64,000 bases of DNA from Octopus sinensis (GCF_006345805.1 NC_042997.1:38130001-38194000); one strand, 5' to 3'. Counted from the stretch's first letter, positions 13,121-28,093 are shown. Notes: generated by a model from the letters alone, not told the origin. Translations and numbers: made by a program.

Positions 13121-13338
13121 CGTGAGGAGGTGGTGACAAGATCCTGACTTTAAATTTTTAAAAATGCAGGTGGATTAGCTTATTATAATTATATTCAACA
13201 CATTCCCCTCTCAGATTCACACACTCATTGCAACGATCCTTCAGTTTTTCTAAGATCTGTAAAAGAACGCGGATATCTGGGCCTCCAACCAGGCCTCTCA
13301 CGACATACCTTAAAACCAAGAACTTTCAGTTCTCCCTC

Positions 13339-13339
<1 letters not shown>
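13121..13339 (-). mobile_element. Internally deleted mariner-like element (MITE) in a TA tract
   Basis: TA on both sides. One end reads TAcgaggg, typical of mariner termini. The minus strand encodes [15 protein letters not shown], resembling the mariner transposase C-terminus. TIRs are poorly matched. Confidence 0.5.
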
Positions 13340-13383
<44 letters not shown>

Positions 13384-13390
13384 TGTGTGT

Positions 13391-13425
<35 letters not shown>

Positions 13426-14151
13426 CACTTACATGTATATATACATATATATAATATATATATATACATACATACAAACATACATACATACATACATACA
13501 TACATACACACATATATATATATATGCATACGTACAAAGAGAGATTGATACAGAAGGATACATGTGGATGTAGAAAGCCTTAACAATATGAAGGAAATCT
13601 TTAATATATAAAATTTTTTCAACTTTTTAATAGAACGCATTCTAAACAGCTGCTTGTCTTTGACCCCGAAAGGCACACGAATTTTTTTTTCTTATGAACA
13701 AATAGAATTGGTCTCAACAGGATTCTACGGCGTTGATCCAACAGTAATTGTTTTTTTTTTCCTTTCTAAGATGCTAAAATTTGAAAGATTTTGAATGAAT
13801 ATAGTTAATAGTAACCTCGACGCCGTGCATTGATATCACCTGCGATGATCGGATAGCAGATTTTTTTTCTTTCGGAGACATATACGCGAACAGCTGTTTT
13901 ATACAATGCTATTTTGAAAAGGAATGTTCCTGAAAAATGTAAGTTAAAAATGCTCATTTCACATATTTACAGTAGTCCTGCATCTAAATTTCTATCTAGA
14001 ATTATTTATGAAACATCTATTCTGTAGCACGCACACACACACACACACAAATACACACACATAAACACATACTCACACATATGTATTATATTATTATATG
14101 CATTCAGTAATTCTATCAATTGAAATTACCTGCCCATTTAAGTAGCGTGTA

Positions 14152-14402
14152 GTGGAGGAGCGTGACTAAGTGGTAATGGTATGGGGTTCATGATCGCAAC
14201 ATTGTGGTTTCGAATCCCGGACCGGGTGATGCACTGTATTCTTCGGCAAAATACTTCAATACACGTTACTTCAATTCGCTCAGCAGGCAAAAATAAGTAA
14301 TCGTGCACCAGACTGGCTGTGTCCCGTTCAGTAGGGTATATGTATACCATGGAAACCGGAAGACCGGCCTATGCGTCTACATGACTCGGGAAGGAACTTT
14401 AC
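14152..14402 (+). mobile_element. Degenerate tRNA-derived SINE (distinct family)
   Basis: Head gtggaggagcgtgactaagtggt and B-box ggtttcgaatcccgg, similar to the head of 62975-63361. Confidence 0.55.
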
Positions 14403-14934
14403 ATAATTAGCATACAGATGTCTGTACATTTTGGACGTGTGCTTTTAACATAATTCAATGATAAAATCCTCATGGTACAGAGGGAGAAGGTTGGACTTTT
14501 AAATTCCAGGTACAATGCATTAAAACTGCATCGACACTGTTTACCTCCTCTTTCTAATTATATTCAACAAGGCTGGAGAAAAATGGGTTTATGTCTAAAG
14601 CCAATTAAATATAACATTTGATCACTTGTTTTCTTTATTCAAAATTCGGACAGAACATATGGGATGACCTGATAGATATTTTATTTTCAATATAGCAGTT
14701 GTTTTAGTTTAAATAAGTCAGACATACTGAATGAAAGTCATAGCATTATGTTTTTACCTTTATCTGAGACGAGATTCTATACATGGTCTTCGCAAATATA
14801 TAATTATTATGAATTTTGCGGTTATTTGGAAAATTTTATGATAAAATTGTATATTTTCAGAAACATTTCATTCTTAAAATATAAATTTCCACATACGCAA
14901 TATTCTTTTCTAATCTAGGCACACGGCCAGAAAG

Positions 14935-15060
14935 TTTGGAGGAGGGGGTCAGTCAATTAGATCGACCCAGTACGCAACTTGTACTTAATTTATTGGCCCC
15001 GAAAGGATGAAAGACAAAATCACCTAGGTGGAATTTGAACTCAGAACGTAAAGACAGACC
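14935..15060 (-). mobile_element. Partial family M SINE
   Basis: gatcgacccagtacgcaac..tacttaatttattggccccgaaaggatgaaag..gaatttgaactcagaacgta. Confidence 0.65.
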
Positions 15061-15492
15061 ACATAGACAATATTGACGGAGCAGTCAGTCAATCTATCTA
15101 TCTACCTATCTGTCCAGCTACCTTCGTACCTACATATCTATTTATCATGTTCTACTTACATATCTGTCGTTGTATATATCTGTCTACATACATTTAAACA
15201 CTTATAACTAAAAATCAAAAGTAAAACTTAATAATTGCTGTTCACCATTTTGGCCTCAGCCTTTGGGTTGCTATACATTAAAAGGTGAAAACAGTATCCA
15301 CAGCTATTTGTTAAGGTTGTTTCACTTTCATTTAAAATTTTGTCGATATATCTAGTCATCCGTCTTTCTATATTCTTTCCGTTAATGAATCTATCTATCC
15401 ACATAGAGACATCGACGGACTGAAGCTATAGAAACTGCTGAACACTAAAATATGTAGCAATAACTAAACTTTCTTATTGTTTGTTACAATAT

Positions 15493-15723
15493 ATTTCTTT
15501 ACTACCCACAAGGGGCTAAACACAGAGGGGACAAACAAGGACAGACAAAGGGATTACGTCGACTACATCGAACCCAGTGCGTAACTGGTACTTAATTTAT
15601 CGACCCCGAAAGGATGAAAGGCAAAGTCGACCTCGGCGGAATTTGAACTCGGAACGTAACGACAGACGAAATACGGCTACGAATTTCGCCCGGCGTGCTA
15701 ACGTTTCTACCAGCTCGCCGCCT
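15493..15723 (-). mobile_element. Family M SINE, full length
   Basis: Reverse complement matches 2027-2259 along its length. Confidence 0.9.
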
Positions 15724-15976
15724 TATTGTTCGTTACAATATTCTATAATACGACGTTTAGAGTCATGTAAATGCTCTCCTCTCACGCATTTCTTCCAGTC
15801 AAAACTGACTTACTCTCTTCCTCCCACTTCGTTTTTGCCACTTCCATTTACATAGCTATTTTGCTCGCTCTTTCTACCGCTTCGTTCTACTAAACTACAC
15901 AGCGCGACAGCAATACCTTCCCCTTCCCTCTCAACGCTATCACTCTCCTCTCTCTCTCTCACTTTCTCTAGATTTC

Positions 15977-16007
<31 letters not shown>

Positions 16008-16242
16008 ACCTTTCTCTCTCCCTCTATCAATTCCGCTCTCTCTTTTCGCCACTTCTTTGAATTAATCACATGACGGCGTCACACATTCCGCCTAATAACT
16101 ATTACTTCCTCATACCTCACACCGTTAACACACCTCCCCTTGCAACTAGCCACGTGACAGAGTATTAATAGTACACACACACACAAACGCACACACACAT
16201 ATATAAATATACACATATACTGCCGTCCGATTTCACTCACTT

Positions 16243-17605
16243 CTCATATCATTAAAGTATTTGAGAAGGTGGTGAGATCGCAAATAACTCACTTCCTCGA
16301 AGACAACAATCTGCTGAACCTTAACCAGCATAGTTTCCGTGATGGCAGAGACTGTCTGTCGCAGCTTCAGCACCATTTTGATGACATCTCAAAAGCGTTG
16401 GTTGAGGGCTCCAATGCTGACGTCATATACCTTGATTTTCAGCAAGGCATTTGACAGAGTGGACCACAAAATCTTGCTGAAGAAACTGTCCAACATTGGA
16501 GTCCGTTGAAAGCTGCTGCAGTGAATAAAGTGTTTCTTGACGAACAGAACCCAACATATTGTGTTTGAGGGAATACAATCCAGCTCAACCAAAGTCAGTA
16601 GTGCTGTCCCACAAGGTATTGTGTTGGGCCCACTCCTTTTCCTTATTTACATCAACGACATAGTAGAAGTCATCAACCATTCTCCATTGAAAATCTTTGC
16701 AAATGATTCCAAACTCCAGAAAGCCATAAACCGCATGGGAGACCGAACATGCCTTCAGTCAGATCTATTTGCTATTGTCTGATACTCTGAATTTACCATA
16801 TGCTCTTCCCTTGGGTGACTCCCTAGTGTCATCCAGCAATATCAGAGACCTTGGAGTAATTGTTGATAGCAATATAAGCCGGAGTTCCCACGTAAATAGC
16901 AAGGTTGACTTGGCCCGCAAGAAGTGCTCGTGGATTTTGAGAACTTTCCAGTCTAGAGATGCCTGCACCATCATCCTTCTCTACTCTACCTTTGCCCGAC
17001 CCCACCTTGAATACTGTTGGCCAATGTGCCCCCCCCCCATAAGAAGCAACTCGTTATGAACGTAGAAGCACTCGGGAGGTCAATAATAATAACGATAGAC
17101 GGCATGAAAGGCATTGGCTATTGGGGTCGACTAAAAAATCTCAATATCTACACTCTCCAACGCCAACGGGAGCGTTACATTATTTGTGTTATGTGGAAAA
17201 TATTCCATCAGTATTGCACAAATGATTTTGGAATCAATTTTAAAATCCATCCAAGACTTCGTCCCCGTGCTATCCGTCCACTACAAAAATCGTACATATA
17301 GCAACATTACGTCACAATTACTTTACCTCAACCGTTCCAGCTTTCTTTAATACCATACCAAAACGTCAAAACGGAAACAGATCCCATAAAATTCAAATGT
17401 TCACTGGACAAATTTCTTCAAAATATCCCGGACCAATCTCCTACACCCGGATGCGTCTTTAACAATAAAAACTCTTTGCTAGAGTGGGACATAGTGCCCG
17501 ATATATGACGATATATGATTAAAAGACTTCACCAAGTGGTGCTATTAAGTTAGACACGGCCTGGGCATATACTGGCCGAAAGCTATCAAAGATATCAAAG
17601 TTAAG
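16243..17605 (+). mobile_element. 5'-truncated CR1-like LINE (RT domain and 3' UTR), frameshifted
   Basis: NQHSFRDGRDCLSQL, DVIYLDF(S)KAFDRVDH, VPQGIVLGPLLFLIYIND, IFANDSKL, RDLGVIVDS, RPHLEYC. Ends next to (AC)n. Confidence 0.9.
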
Positions 17606-17606
17606 T

Positions 17607-17657
<51 letters not shown>

Positions 17658-18469
17658 TGGGGCGGTAAGTCGATTACATCCACTCTATATCGACCCAGAA
17701 ATAAGTACGTTCAGGCATACTTATTTTATCAACCCCCAAGGTTCAACTGTTACATATTTTATAGATTCTTGATTGATGAAACGCAAAGATGACAGAAGCG
17801 GATCTTGAGATCACAACATAAAAACGGACTAAATGCCGTTAAGCATTTTACCCGGCGCGCTAAAATATACTACGAAGATGTACTTGTATAGCAAGTGACC
17901 TGATCTGAGATCGTGTGCTGAAACAAAAGCTATTGCAGCATGGAAGGTGTTTATAAGCCATTAAAAAACACAAAAACCGTTAGATTCACTTCAACATTTA
18001 AATTTAATTTGTCAAAATATTTTTGTCGCTTTGAGACCAAAACCTGTTCACTGACAAAATCCCGTGCTGCATCTGAGAATGCAACAGTTAGTTCATGATA
18101 TATATGTACGTACGTACGTATGTATTTATGTATGTATGTATGTATGTATGTATGTATGTATTTATGTATGTATGTATGCATATGTGTATGTATGTGTGCA
18201 TGTAAGTGTGTGCGTATGCATGCGTGCATACCTATACGCATGTATGTACTTACGTATGTATGTGAGTATTTGGGTATGTAAGTGTGTAGACGTGTTTCTG
18301 TGTGTGTATAAGTGTATGTACATATTATGATTAATTAATGATAAAGTTTACATCCTTATTCATTTCTTATACCGTAAAAGGAAACGTGTAATATGTAGTT
18401 AAAGATATAACGAAATCTTAGTCTTCGTTTTAATATATGTGTGTGTGTATATGTGTGAACATGTGTGTC

Positions 18470-18609
18470 TTAGACGTGGCTGTATGGTAATAAGCTTGCA
18501 TCCTAATCACATGATTCCGGGTTCAATCCCACTGCGTGGCAATTTGGGCAAGTGTCTTCTATGTAGCCTTGTGAGTTGATTTGTTGGTAGACGGAAACTG
18601 GAAGAAGCC

Positions 18610-18612
<3 letters not shown>
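18470..18612 (+). mobile_element. Family C SINE head (5' half)
   Basis: gtggctgtatggtaataagcttg..ccgggttcaatcccactgcgtggc..gggcaagtgtcttc..ggtagacggaaactg. Confidence 0.75.
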
Positions 18613-18647
<35 letters not shown>

Positions 18648-20504
18648 GAGAGGGAGAGAAAATTAGATATATAGACATACAAATTTATGTCTATATTATG
18701 TATGTATGTATGTATGTATGTATGTATGTATGTATGTATGTATGTATGTATGTATGTATGTGTGTATGTATGTATGTATGTCTCATTGAAAAGCAAATGA
18801 ATAAAGAATCGATATATCGAAACTACTTTGTGTTAATTTCTTCTGCTCCTGGCACAGGGCATTAAGGCCTTCTCGTCCCTTGCAAGTAGAATAAATTGTG
18901 TACTAAAAAAAATACTGTGCCAAATAATCCATTAAATTCTTTATATATAATTTCTCCTTGCTTTGAAAATAATGCAGTACGGTGATTTACCATATTGTGA
19001 GATGTCATATGCATAACCTTAAACGATACATTCTTTGGGCCACAAATTCTAACTCGAAGATAAAAATGGAATTATCATGCGCGCTTTATAGACGTTGCTT
19101 TATGTCATCATATAGAAAGGCATTTTATACTATGAAAAGCTATTGCATATTATCACTGAGAGACGCCAAGTCATAAATGAAAATATTTTTGCAGTTTAGT
19201 CACATTTAAGCATTCTATAGAGGTGTCAGTTATGTTTAGAATTATAAAATCAAAGGTGAAATATCTTCAGGAATTCTGCACATAGATCTAGCGTTGGCGA
19301 ATGATTTATTCATGAATAAATTTGAAATTGTTGAAGCGTCTTCTAAACATTAAAAGAAACAGGTTAGTGTTAAACAACATGACGACAGTTTGCTAAGAAT
19401 AAAATATATGCATTAAAGTTTTCTCAAAAACAATCTACAAAATAATAATATATATTAACATTATTCAACTAGAATTGTTAGAAAGCCGGACAAAAATCTT
19501 TTGCAGCATTTCTTCCGGCTTTACATTTTGAAATCATATTCGGCCAAGGTCGATTTTGACTTTCATCTTTTTGTGACCAATAAAATAATTGCCAGCTGAA
19601 CAGTGAATCGATATAATCGAGTTTCCCCCTTCTCCCAATCAAATATCAAAATATTCAGGTCGTAGAAAAATTGTTATCATTATGCCGACGACCGCTCGGT
19701 TCAACCACAAATGGCCTGAACTCTTCGCATGAACACCACCCTGTACATAACTCCATGTCCCCCTACATGGCCTTGCTTTTTGCTTTTTGAGCCAAAAAAT
19801 TAACTTAATTTAACTTAACTTATTATTATATGTTTGGCTTTTCCTTTGTATTTCTACAAGTTGACTCCAAGTCTCTCCCAGAGACCTCAAGCGACAACAA
19901 GTTAGAAGTTCAAGTTGGTATTATGACCAGGGTGCCATATATTTGGTTTTGTCCTAGAGAAAGTCGGTCAAAACAAGTAAATCAGGACTTTGCTTTAAAA
20001 GTCGTTTGATAACAACATGATAGTCTGATGTTGAGATGAGAGTAAAAAGTGTTTGTTGTTATGTACAGTTAAAGGTATATTGATACTGTTTACAGATTAA
20101 AATATTTCTAGATTACACAGACAAAATTTTGCAATGGGTTTGGGCAGTTCCCATGAACACTATCTTTTATTTCTTCCATGTTTGGAATTCCTGGTATCTG
20201 AGCAATCGGACCCGTTTTTCTATCACATCCCTAGGGCACCTATAGCAACAGCTATTCTTTTAGAGGTTCCATATTTTACCAATTTTTATTTCAAGATCGT
20301 TACACTTGCTCGGTTTTGGTAGGTCTGAACGAACATATTTATTGTCGATTGGGAGAGTCATATCGATGAGGAGACATGGTTTTGTCTGAAGTTCTTCAAT
20401 ACAATGTCTGGCCTAATTCCATCGAACTATCAATCAGTTTCAACGGTGAAATTCTAAAGGAATGAGATATATTCAAATTCTATAATTATAATTATTATTA
20501 TTAG

Positions 20505-21800
20505 GCTATTCTTCAGTCGAATAACCCATCCCGCTCAAAAGGTCCCTTGAATATTCGTGGATCAAAGAGGCATACAGCATCAACTATATAGCATATGTGG
20601 TGGACCTTTTCCACCACCATTAGGTCCAGTATATTATACTCTAGCACCTGCTCTGTTTGGATAGGGAAATCCGAGAGGATTTTGCTAGTCTCTGATTCTG
20701 CCGCTCTTTGCGGTCTGTACTCATACTACATCTTACCTCTCTCCAGCCCCACCTGGTCGTGTCGCCACAACTTGTAGTGATTTCGGGCATTCGTTCGTGA
20801 TATGGCCAGTGGTTTTCTCCACTCTATTGTAGATGCAGCACAGCGGAGACACTTGCGCATTGACCTTTTATTACGTGGCCAAAGCTCTCGGTCTGTTTCT
20901 TTAGGGTCCTTTTCATCAGCCAGTCCCACAAATTTTTTCCAGCAACTTCTGTTATGGCTACATAGAATAGCTTGTGTAGTCCCTTCTTGCGTAATAGTTT
21001 TCCATGTCATTTTTGCAATGTTTCTTTTGTTTTTTTCTTTTTTTCTCTGCTCTCAATACTGCCTCGTTCGTAACTGTCACTAGTTACTTTCGACTAGTTA
21101 TCTCATTAAGCATTCGAGTTCGACACGCAATTAGTTTTCCACACTTATCAGTTCCCTCCCTCCATTTGCTCTCTTCTGTATAGGCGACCTTTGTCCGCAT
21201 GTGGATAATGGGCACCATGCATCGTTAGAAGCTTTCTTGAACTCTTGTCCATCTCTTTTATTTCCTCCTCGGCCCACTTACGGATTCCAGCGCCATAACG
21301 AACTACTGCGACCGTACGCGAGTTTATTACCAAAAATAATGCTTCTGGCATCTAGCTTTGAAGCTAATAGTTTTCTCACTCGCTGTAGGTAGGTACTCTC
21401 TTTTTGTCTTTTCCTTCATGTCATTGTGTCTGATTCTATCTGCCTCAAGTATTCACAGGTATTTCTAGCTAAACTTGACAACCACAAGACTTCTGTTCTG
21501 AAAAGCTTTCCTCGTCTCATCACCATTGTAGCATATTTTGAGAGTCCAAACACCATCTTAATATCCTTGGAGAAAATCCGCGCAGATTGGACTAGGCTGA
21601 CCAGTTCGGCCTCAGTTTTTGTGAATAGCTTCAGGTCGTCCATGAATGGCAAGTGGTTCAGTTTTCCCTTAACTCTTCCCAGAACATAGCACAACTTTGT
21701 TTTCACTGAAGGGGATCATTCACAGCACGAAGATCAGTGGGGACACACATTCCCTCTGGAATATATCTCTCTTGATTTTCACCTCTCAATAATGCTTGAT
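20505..21800 (-). mobile_element. Decayed R4/Dong-clade non-LTR retrotransposon (RT, CCHC, restriction-like endonuclease), ending at a TAA-rich tract
   Basis: NHLPFMDDLKLFTK, FSKDIKMVFGLSK, INSRTVAVVRYGAG, RKLLTMHGAHYPHAD, CCHC-like LCCIYNRVEKTTGHITNEC, YKLWRHDQV, RLE-like DFPIQTE..ILDLMVVEK. Confidence 0.85.
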
Positions 21801-21907
21801 TCCCTGTTATCAATTCCGTTCTCCAGCATTTCATGCTATTTCATATAAGGCTTCCTATATGTTCTGCTACTCCATACATTTCCATTGTTTTTATTATCCA
21901 GGAGTGC

Positions 21908-21958
<51 letters not shown>

Positions 21959-21959
21959 T

Positions 21960-22033
<74 letters not shown>

Positions 22034-22062
22034 CATTATTATTATTATCATTATTATTATTT
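21908..22062. repeat. Compound (CAT)n(TAT)n microsatellite
   Basis: Direct reading. Confidence 0.95.
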
Positions 22063-22554
22063 TCAAACACCGACGAACTTCGAACAAGCGTTTCATCATT
22101 TCGGGGTTTATAAAATGTATACCAGTTGAATCTTAAGGTCGATGCAATCGACTTCATCCCTTCTCCGAAACTGCTCGTCTTCAACCAAACTTTGAAATAG
22201 TTGTAGCAGTAATGGTAGAAGCGACAGCAAAGATGATAAATTCATCCAAATCATTTACATATTGTTTGAAAACTCAGGGTTCCTTGCTTGCATTCATAAT
22301 GAGGGCGAGCTATTGATGTTAAATATGACATCTAGAATAACGAAAGAATAGAAATATGAAAAATGAAAGATCTCTTAAAATATAGTAACACGTACAGAAG
22401 AAAACAACAGCCCAGTTTGTTCCAAAACAATTTTACTGGTGTGAATAACTACGTGATGAAACTCGTTAATTGCTGAATGTATTAACATTGTAATATTATT
22501 GCTAAATACATATATACACGCTCCACCAAACATGTGTGTGTGTGTGTGTATGTA

Positions 22555-22613
<59 letters not shown>

Positions 22614-23064
22614 GTGCGAAAGTATTAGGAAAATTACCATGATACAGTCACAAAATTTGAACTGAAGAATGTTTTTCTTAAATTAAAAAAATTGAAGAAA
22701 AAACATTCGAGAGATATGAAATATATTATTTTTAACGGTGGACCAAGAAGTAGATACAGTTATAAATTCTAGCATGTATATTATTAATTTTTTAATTTAC
22801 ATTATATCTCGTGAATTTTCTGAAGTATTGTAATTTAAACATCCTACACTTCCTAAATGGAGGGAGAAAATACGAAAATTTCCGTTTTAATGTTTAGAAT
22901 ATCTCTCAGGCTTACAACGTTCCACTCTTTATATCCGGGGTGTTATAACTCAATACTCTACACGCTACTATATATACTTTTATCTACTTCCATCTCCTCA
23001 GTTAAAAGTAATTTTCTACATTACACATACATACACACACACGTATATATATATAAATATATAT

Positions 23065-23478
23065 AGGCGCAGAAGTGGCTGTGTGGTAAGTAGCTTGTTT
23101 ACGATCTACATGGTTCCGGGTTCAGTCCCACTGCGTGGCACCTTGGGTAAGTGTCTTCTACTATAGCCTCGGGCCGACCAATACCTTGTGAGTGGATTTG
23201 GTAGACGGAAACTGAAAGAAGCCCGTCGTATATATGTATATATATGTATGTGCGTGTATGTTTGTGTGTCTGTGTTTGTCCCCCTAGCATTGCTTGACAA
23301 CCGATGCTGGTGTGTTTATGTCACCGTCACTTAGCGGTTCGGCAAAAGAGACCGATAGAATAAGTACTGGGCTTACAAAAGAATAAGTCCCGGGGTCGAG
23401 TTGCTCGACTAAAGGCGGTGCCCCAGCATGGGCGCAGTCAAAAGACTGAAACAAGTAAAAGAGTAAAAGAGTAAAAGA
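23065..23478 (+). mobile_element. Family C SINE, near intact
   Basis: Head ggcgcagaagtggctgtgtggtaag, B-box ggttcagtccc, tail (gagtaaaa)n. Confidence 0.9.
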
Positions 23479-23910
23479 ATGTGTGTATACGTGTGTATGT
23501 GCGTATATGTATGTATGTATGTATTTTGTATGTAAATTTGGAACGATTCCCTCCCTTAAGTAGCACACACACTTTTCCCATAGATAGCAGTTCTCAGCCA
23601 AAGGAAAAACTCACCGGATGAGAAAAGTTAATATTAGTAGATGAGTATAAATGAACGCTTAAACATTTAGGGTTAGGTTGGAATATAGTTACTGGTCTCA
23701 GTCACCAAAACTTTATAAATGGGAAATGCTTTTTCAAACCAGAACTGAAACCTGATCGAGATCTCGCTTCAAAAGGCATCTTGCACATTGCCCTAACATC
23801 CTTGAAATAATAATAGTTTATTCTAGATAAACACAAACTGATCAAACTTTACTTGCCAGCTGATCGGAAAGTTATGTCAACTATAAATTTTAGGAAAGTA
23901 TTATTGACGG

Positions 23911-24187
23911 GTAAAGGGGCGTGACCTAATGTTTAGGGTACTCTCGATCATGGTTTCAATTCCCGGACTAGGTGCCGTGTTGTGTTTCTGAAAAAAACAC
24001 TTCATCTCAAGCTGTTCCATTCACTCAGCCATAAATGGGTAACCCTGTGACGGAATAACCTTCTGATCAGAGGGAATGTTGGTCTGATCGCCTAGCCAGC
24101 AGAGTGGTGTCGAAAACTAAAACAGTGCGAAGCGCATTGTGAGCAGTGATGTATAACAACATCCAATATCACGGTCGGTACCGTGAT
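23911..24187 (+). mobile_element. Degenerate tRNA-derived SINE with a V-domain-like centre
   Basis: B-box-like ggtttcaattcccgg. Centre ctcagccataaatgggtaaccctgtgacgga (V-like, from recall). 3' tail shared with 28093-28140 and 53760-53860. Confidence 0.5.
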
Positions 24188-26149
24188 TTAATGCCAATAT
24201 TCAAATTAATTTTAGAAAAACTGTTCTTATGACGGCATATATGATGGTGTTTAAATTCAGTTTCCAATAGCATTAAGAGATGAGGAAGATTGCATCAGAT
24301 TTTACAACGGAAGATGGTGAATTCATAACAAACGAATGAATTTGTTTTCTTTTTTTTTGTTATCACAGAACGGATGGACTAATAGGAAGTGAAGTACCTG
24401 TATATAAACCATTGAATTCTGGAAGTGTATTTGTCTATGTATTCAGTATTGAGTGAACTATTATGTCCGCTGTTTCACAATTACCTAGAAAGAAGTAAAG
24501 TCAAACACTGTCTTCTGCAGGATCTAAGCTGAAATAGTAAAAGTGTAATGAGAATTGGAATGGTGAAGTAGGAAACAACATTATTTTGTCCGAAAATCCA
24601 ATATCGCTGACGGTATATCGACATTATGTTAGAGTCCACTTAAGAAAGTCAATATTGCTGCGACTTGAACTCAGAAATCTGAAACATTTTCATTTATGTC
24701 TCTACATTCTGTAATAAATTTCACTCGGTTAAACGAACATCTGGAGATATACAAAGGCAATAAGATTAAACAGCATTTATTTTGATACCGTATTTTCATT
24801 AAATCCCCGTATATTGTACAATATTTACTATTGTTTGATTGGAAAATTAATCTAATGTTCGTCGTTAAATTTTGTTCCCTCATCTCCTTAACATAAACGA
24901 ATTTCATAGTAATTAACATTTCGAGTTCTGCAATAGCTTCCTGTAAAAACTTTCATTGAGACTTTTCTTCCTTCTTTCCACTACAACATGAGCCGAGAAT
25001 ATTGTCAACCAGAATTAATTGCATTTGTCGCACGTAACTTTTGAAATCACTTGTTTTTTCATTGGATTGAAATGTTATCAATTGCTATGTTAACTTTATA
25101 TGTTCTATAGAAAATGTAATGCTTTAATTATACCACACAATATATTTTCTCTTACATTTCTTCTTATGTATCTCTCGATTTATCATTTACTTCTCTATTT
25201 TCAGAAAATACTTAAATCATAGTTATTAAACACAGTTTAACGAGAATGCTATCTATTCAATGTTTAATTACTCGTATAATTCGAAACAAACTTGAAAATT
25301 TTAATATATATGTATAAACTTTATTACACCTTGTAGGATTCGTGCTCAAACATAAATTATTCTTCCGCTACATAATAAAATCAAGCATTTTTTGCATTTC
25401 CTACTGCCAATCAATAACGGCATAGCTTAAACTACAAATCTGTTACTTTGTCAAAAGTAGAGAGAAAGACAAAAAATAAAGGATAACGATAATATAGAAT
25501 TGAAGATTTGGTTAAAATTGATAAACAACAGTGAGCAGAAAGGATAAAAGGGATAAAGGAAGGAAAATAAAGGGTAAAATGCAGAATTGTCAAAGGTCTG
25601 ATTGGAGAATTTCTTGCCAACAGGAATATTACTAGAAAAATATGAATCATACAGATGCAGCTAAGAGTGAAAGATGTAAAAGTTTCATTAACGATTAAAG
25701 CTAAAATGGAAATAAGTGTATATACCTTAACTGGAGGTGAGAAGTAAGTAAATGATGAAAATTTAAAATGGATTAATGAGAGGAATAAAGTAGTGTGGGA
25801 GATTTAGAGGCATAGAGCACGGTTTAAATAACGAAAGGAATGACCAGAATTGGAGAGAGAAGACAGAAGTAGATGATATCTCATTTCAAAACTTACAGTA
25901 ACACAATGTATCTCAAATTTCTGATTCTTTTACACCACTTAAGCCTATGCCCTTCTCACTTTTCACTCTTTCATTTCAATTTCTTCATCGGGCATTTAAT
26001 GAAATATTGAAATTGCTACTATTTCATCTCTCAACGCAATGCTAATTAGAATATCTAAATTTATTTCAACATTTCTAACTTAAAATTTAGAAAATCTTGC
26101 TTTGATAGAAGGAATGTGTTTGCATCGTTATTCTTCTCAAAGCGAACAA

Positions 26150-26378
26150 ATTCTAATATTGGTTTCAAATCTTGTCACAAGGCCAGTAATTTCGAGGAAG
26201 CTGGTAAGTCGATTATATCGGTCTCAGTGCTCAACTGGAACTTATTTTATCGACCTCGAAAGCGTGGAGCTAAAAATCAACCTCGATTAATGTTTGAACG
26301 CAGAACGTGAAGACAGACGAAGTGCCACTAAACATTGTGTCCGGTGCACTAACGATTCTGCCAGCTCACCCCCTTTAA
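26150..26378 (-). mobile_element. Degenerate family M SINE
   Basis: aagtcgattatatcg..ttttatcgacctcgaaag..cagaacgtgaagacagacgaa..aacgattctgccagctcacc. Confidence 0.65.
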
Positions 26379-26788
26379 GCTTTCTAATATTAAAAAAAAC
26401 ATCTTATTATTTACGTGCTTTACTGGTTATAAAATATTTATTTCTTTAATAAATGACGAGAGGTCAAAAAGAGTGTATATATAATTCAATGTATTACTAC
26501 TGTGATACTTTAACTTATGACGGATTCTATAGCAACCAATTACTCTGAGTTATTGAGTGGAGAATGAACGGTCAACGAAATATGCAACCTTCCCCCAAGA
26601 GATTTGCTTCTGCACCACAAATGCATAGAAAGGATGCAGTTAAGTCGTTTTCTTCTCGACAGCTAGACATTTTAATATTTAAATAGTGTGTGTAAGAGAG
26701 AGAATGCTACATGGGAGAGAGAGAGAGAGAGAGAGAGAGAATGGACCGTAAAAGAGAGCGCGAGTAAGAGTGTGAGTGTGTGTGTGTA

Positions 26789-26875
<87 letters not shown>

Positions 26876-28042
26876 TATGTGTTGTGCGCGTCTAGAACGT
26901 CTAAATGCAGTGAAAATCTTCGTAATTTTCGAGTACAGATATCAAAATAGTGTTTGTATGTGCCACCTGACTTTCAGATCTCTACATGTAACTGTTACAT
27001 ACCCAATCTTCGGTGAAAGAAAAGGTGAGCATTATGATCACACATATTTAATTTACTGTAGCACACTTTGGTGTATTATTATGGAAGAACCGAAAAGAAA
27101 GCGAACAAGTGGAAAAACAAAAAGTATTGCAATATATCTATATTCACAGCATATTTTGCAGACGAAATGTAAATGTAAATACTATAATTCATTTCTATAC
27201 AAATTTATGCCGACGCGTGCGTTTGTATGTTCTTGTATGAACTTTCATGCATTCGTGTCAGTGTGAGAGTTAACTATTAAAGTACTAAAAGAAGTCGTCA
27301 TAATGATGTTTTTAAAACTAGTCTTGAGTGAAAAAGTTGTATCTTTGATCTTTGCATTCCACCTTAGGCTGACATCATCGTTACATTCGTTCTCACCTCG
27401 AACATGTCGTAAACATCGGAGATGATTTCACATATTGCAAATTCTGAAAAGGAGAATTAAACAACGTTCTTAGTGGGGAATCTGGAAGATGGTATAAACT
27501 AGATGCAAGGTGAAGAAAAGAGATTTCTGAGTTGAATGTCTTTAGGTGAAAGGTGTATACAGCTTGAAAGTTCAGAGGTGCAAATGTTTATATATTAGCA
27601 GTAGAAGCGTGAGAGACAATTCACGAAACAGTCTTTCTTTGAACCATGAACTGAAGGTTGTTAATAATTGAATATTTGCCAATCAAGTAAATCGCTTTGT
27701 TTGAAATTTGTCTTCTTTGAATCTACTATGGCTTTGCTTGTAGTAAGAGCACAATCCGATATATATATGACGATCACACCAATGTGCGTAACATTTTAGC
27801 ATTTTAGACGTTGTGTTTATATGTGAGCCTGAAAAACGTACTTTAAAATCAACATGTCTGTAACACGCTGTGACATCCGATCGTCATGAGGTGTCTTATT
27901 CGTCTATTTTCAGAGAACCAAACTAGTTATATTTCTCGCACGCTCTCCTATCTCTCTCTCTCACTCTCTCGCTCTCTCTCTCTTATGCTTTCTTTCATTA
28001 CACACAACATGTATATTTATATATATATATATATATATATAT

Positions 28043-28092
<50 letters not shown>

Positions 28093-28093
<1 letters not shown>

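Noticed and set aside
22065-22115. HHR-like tgatga..cgaa on the minus strand beside the (TAT)n tract
   Set aside because: Core incomplete and no consistent stems.
26688-27266. 192-aa ORF
   Set aside because: Built largely from (GA)n and (GT)n repeats, with no domain signal.
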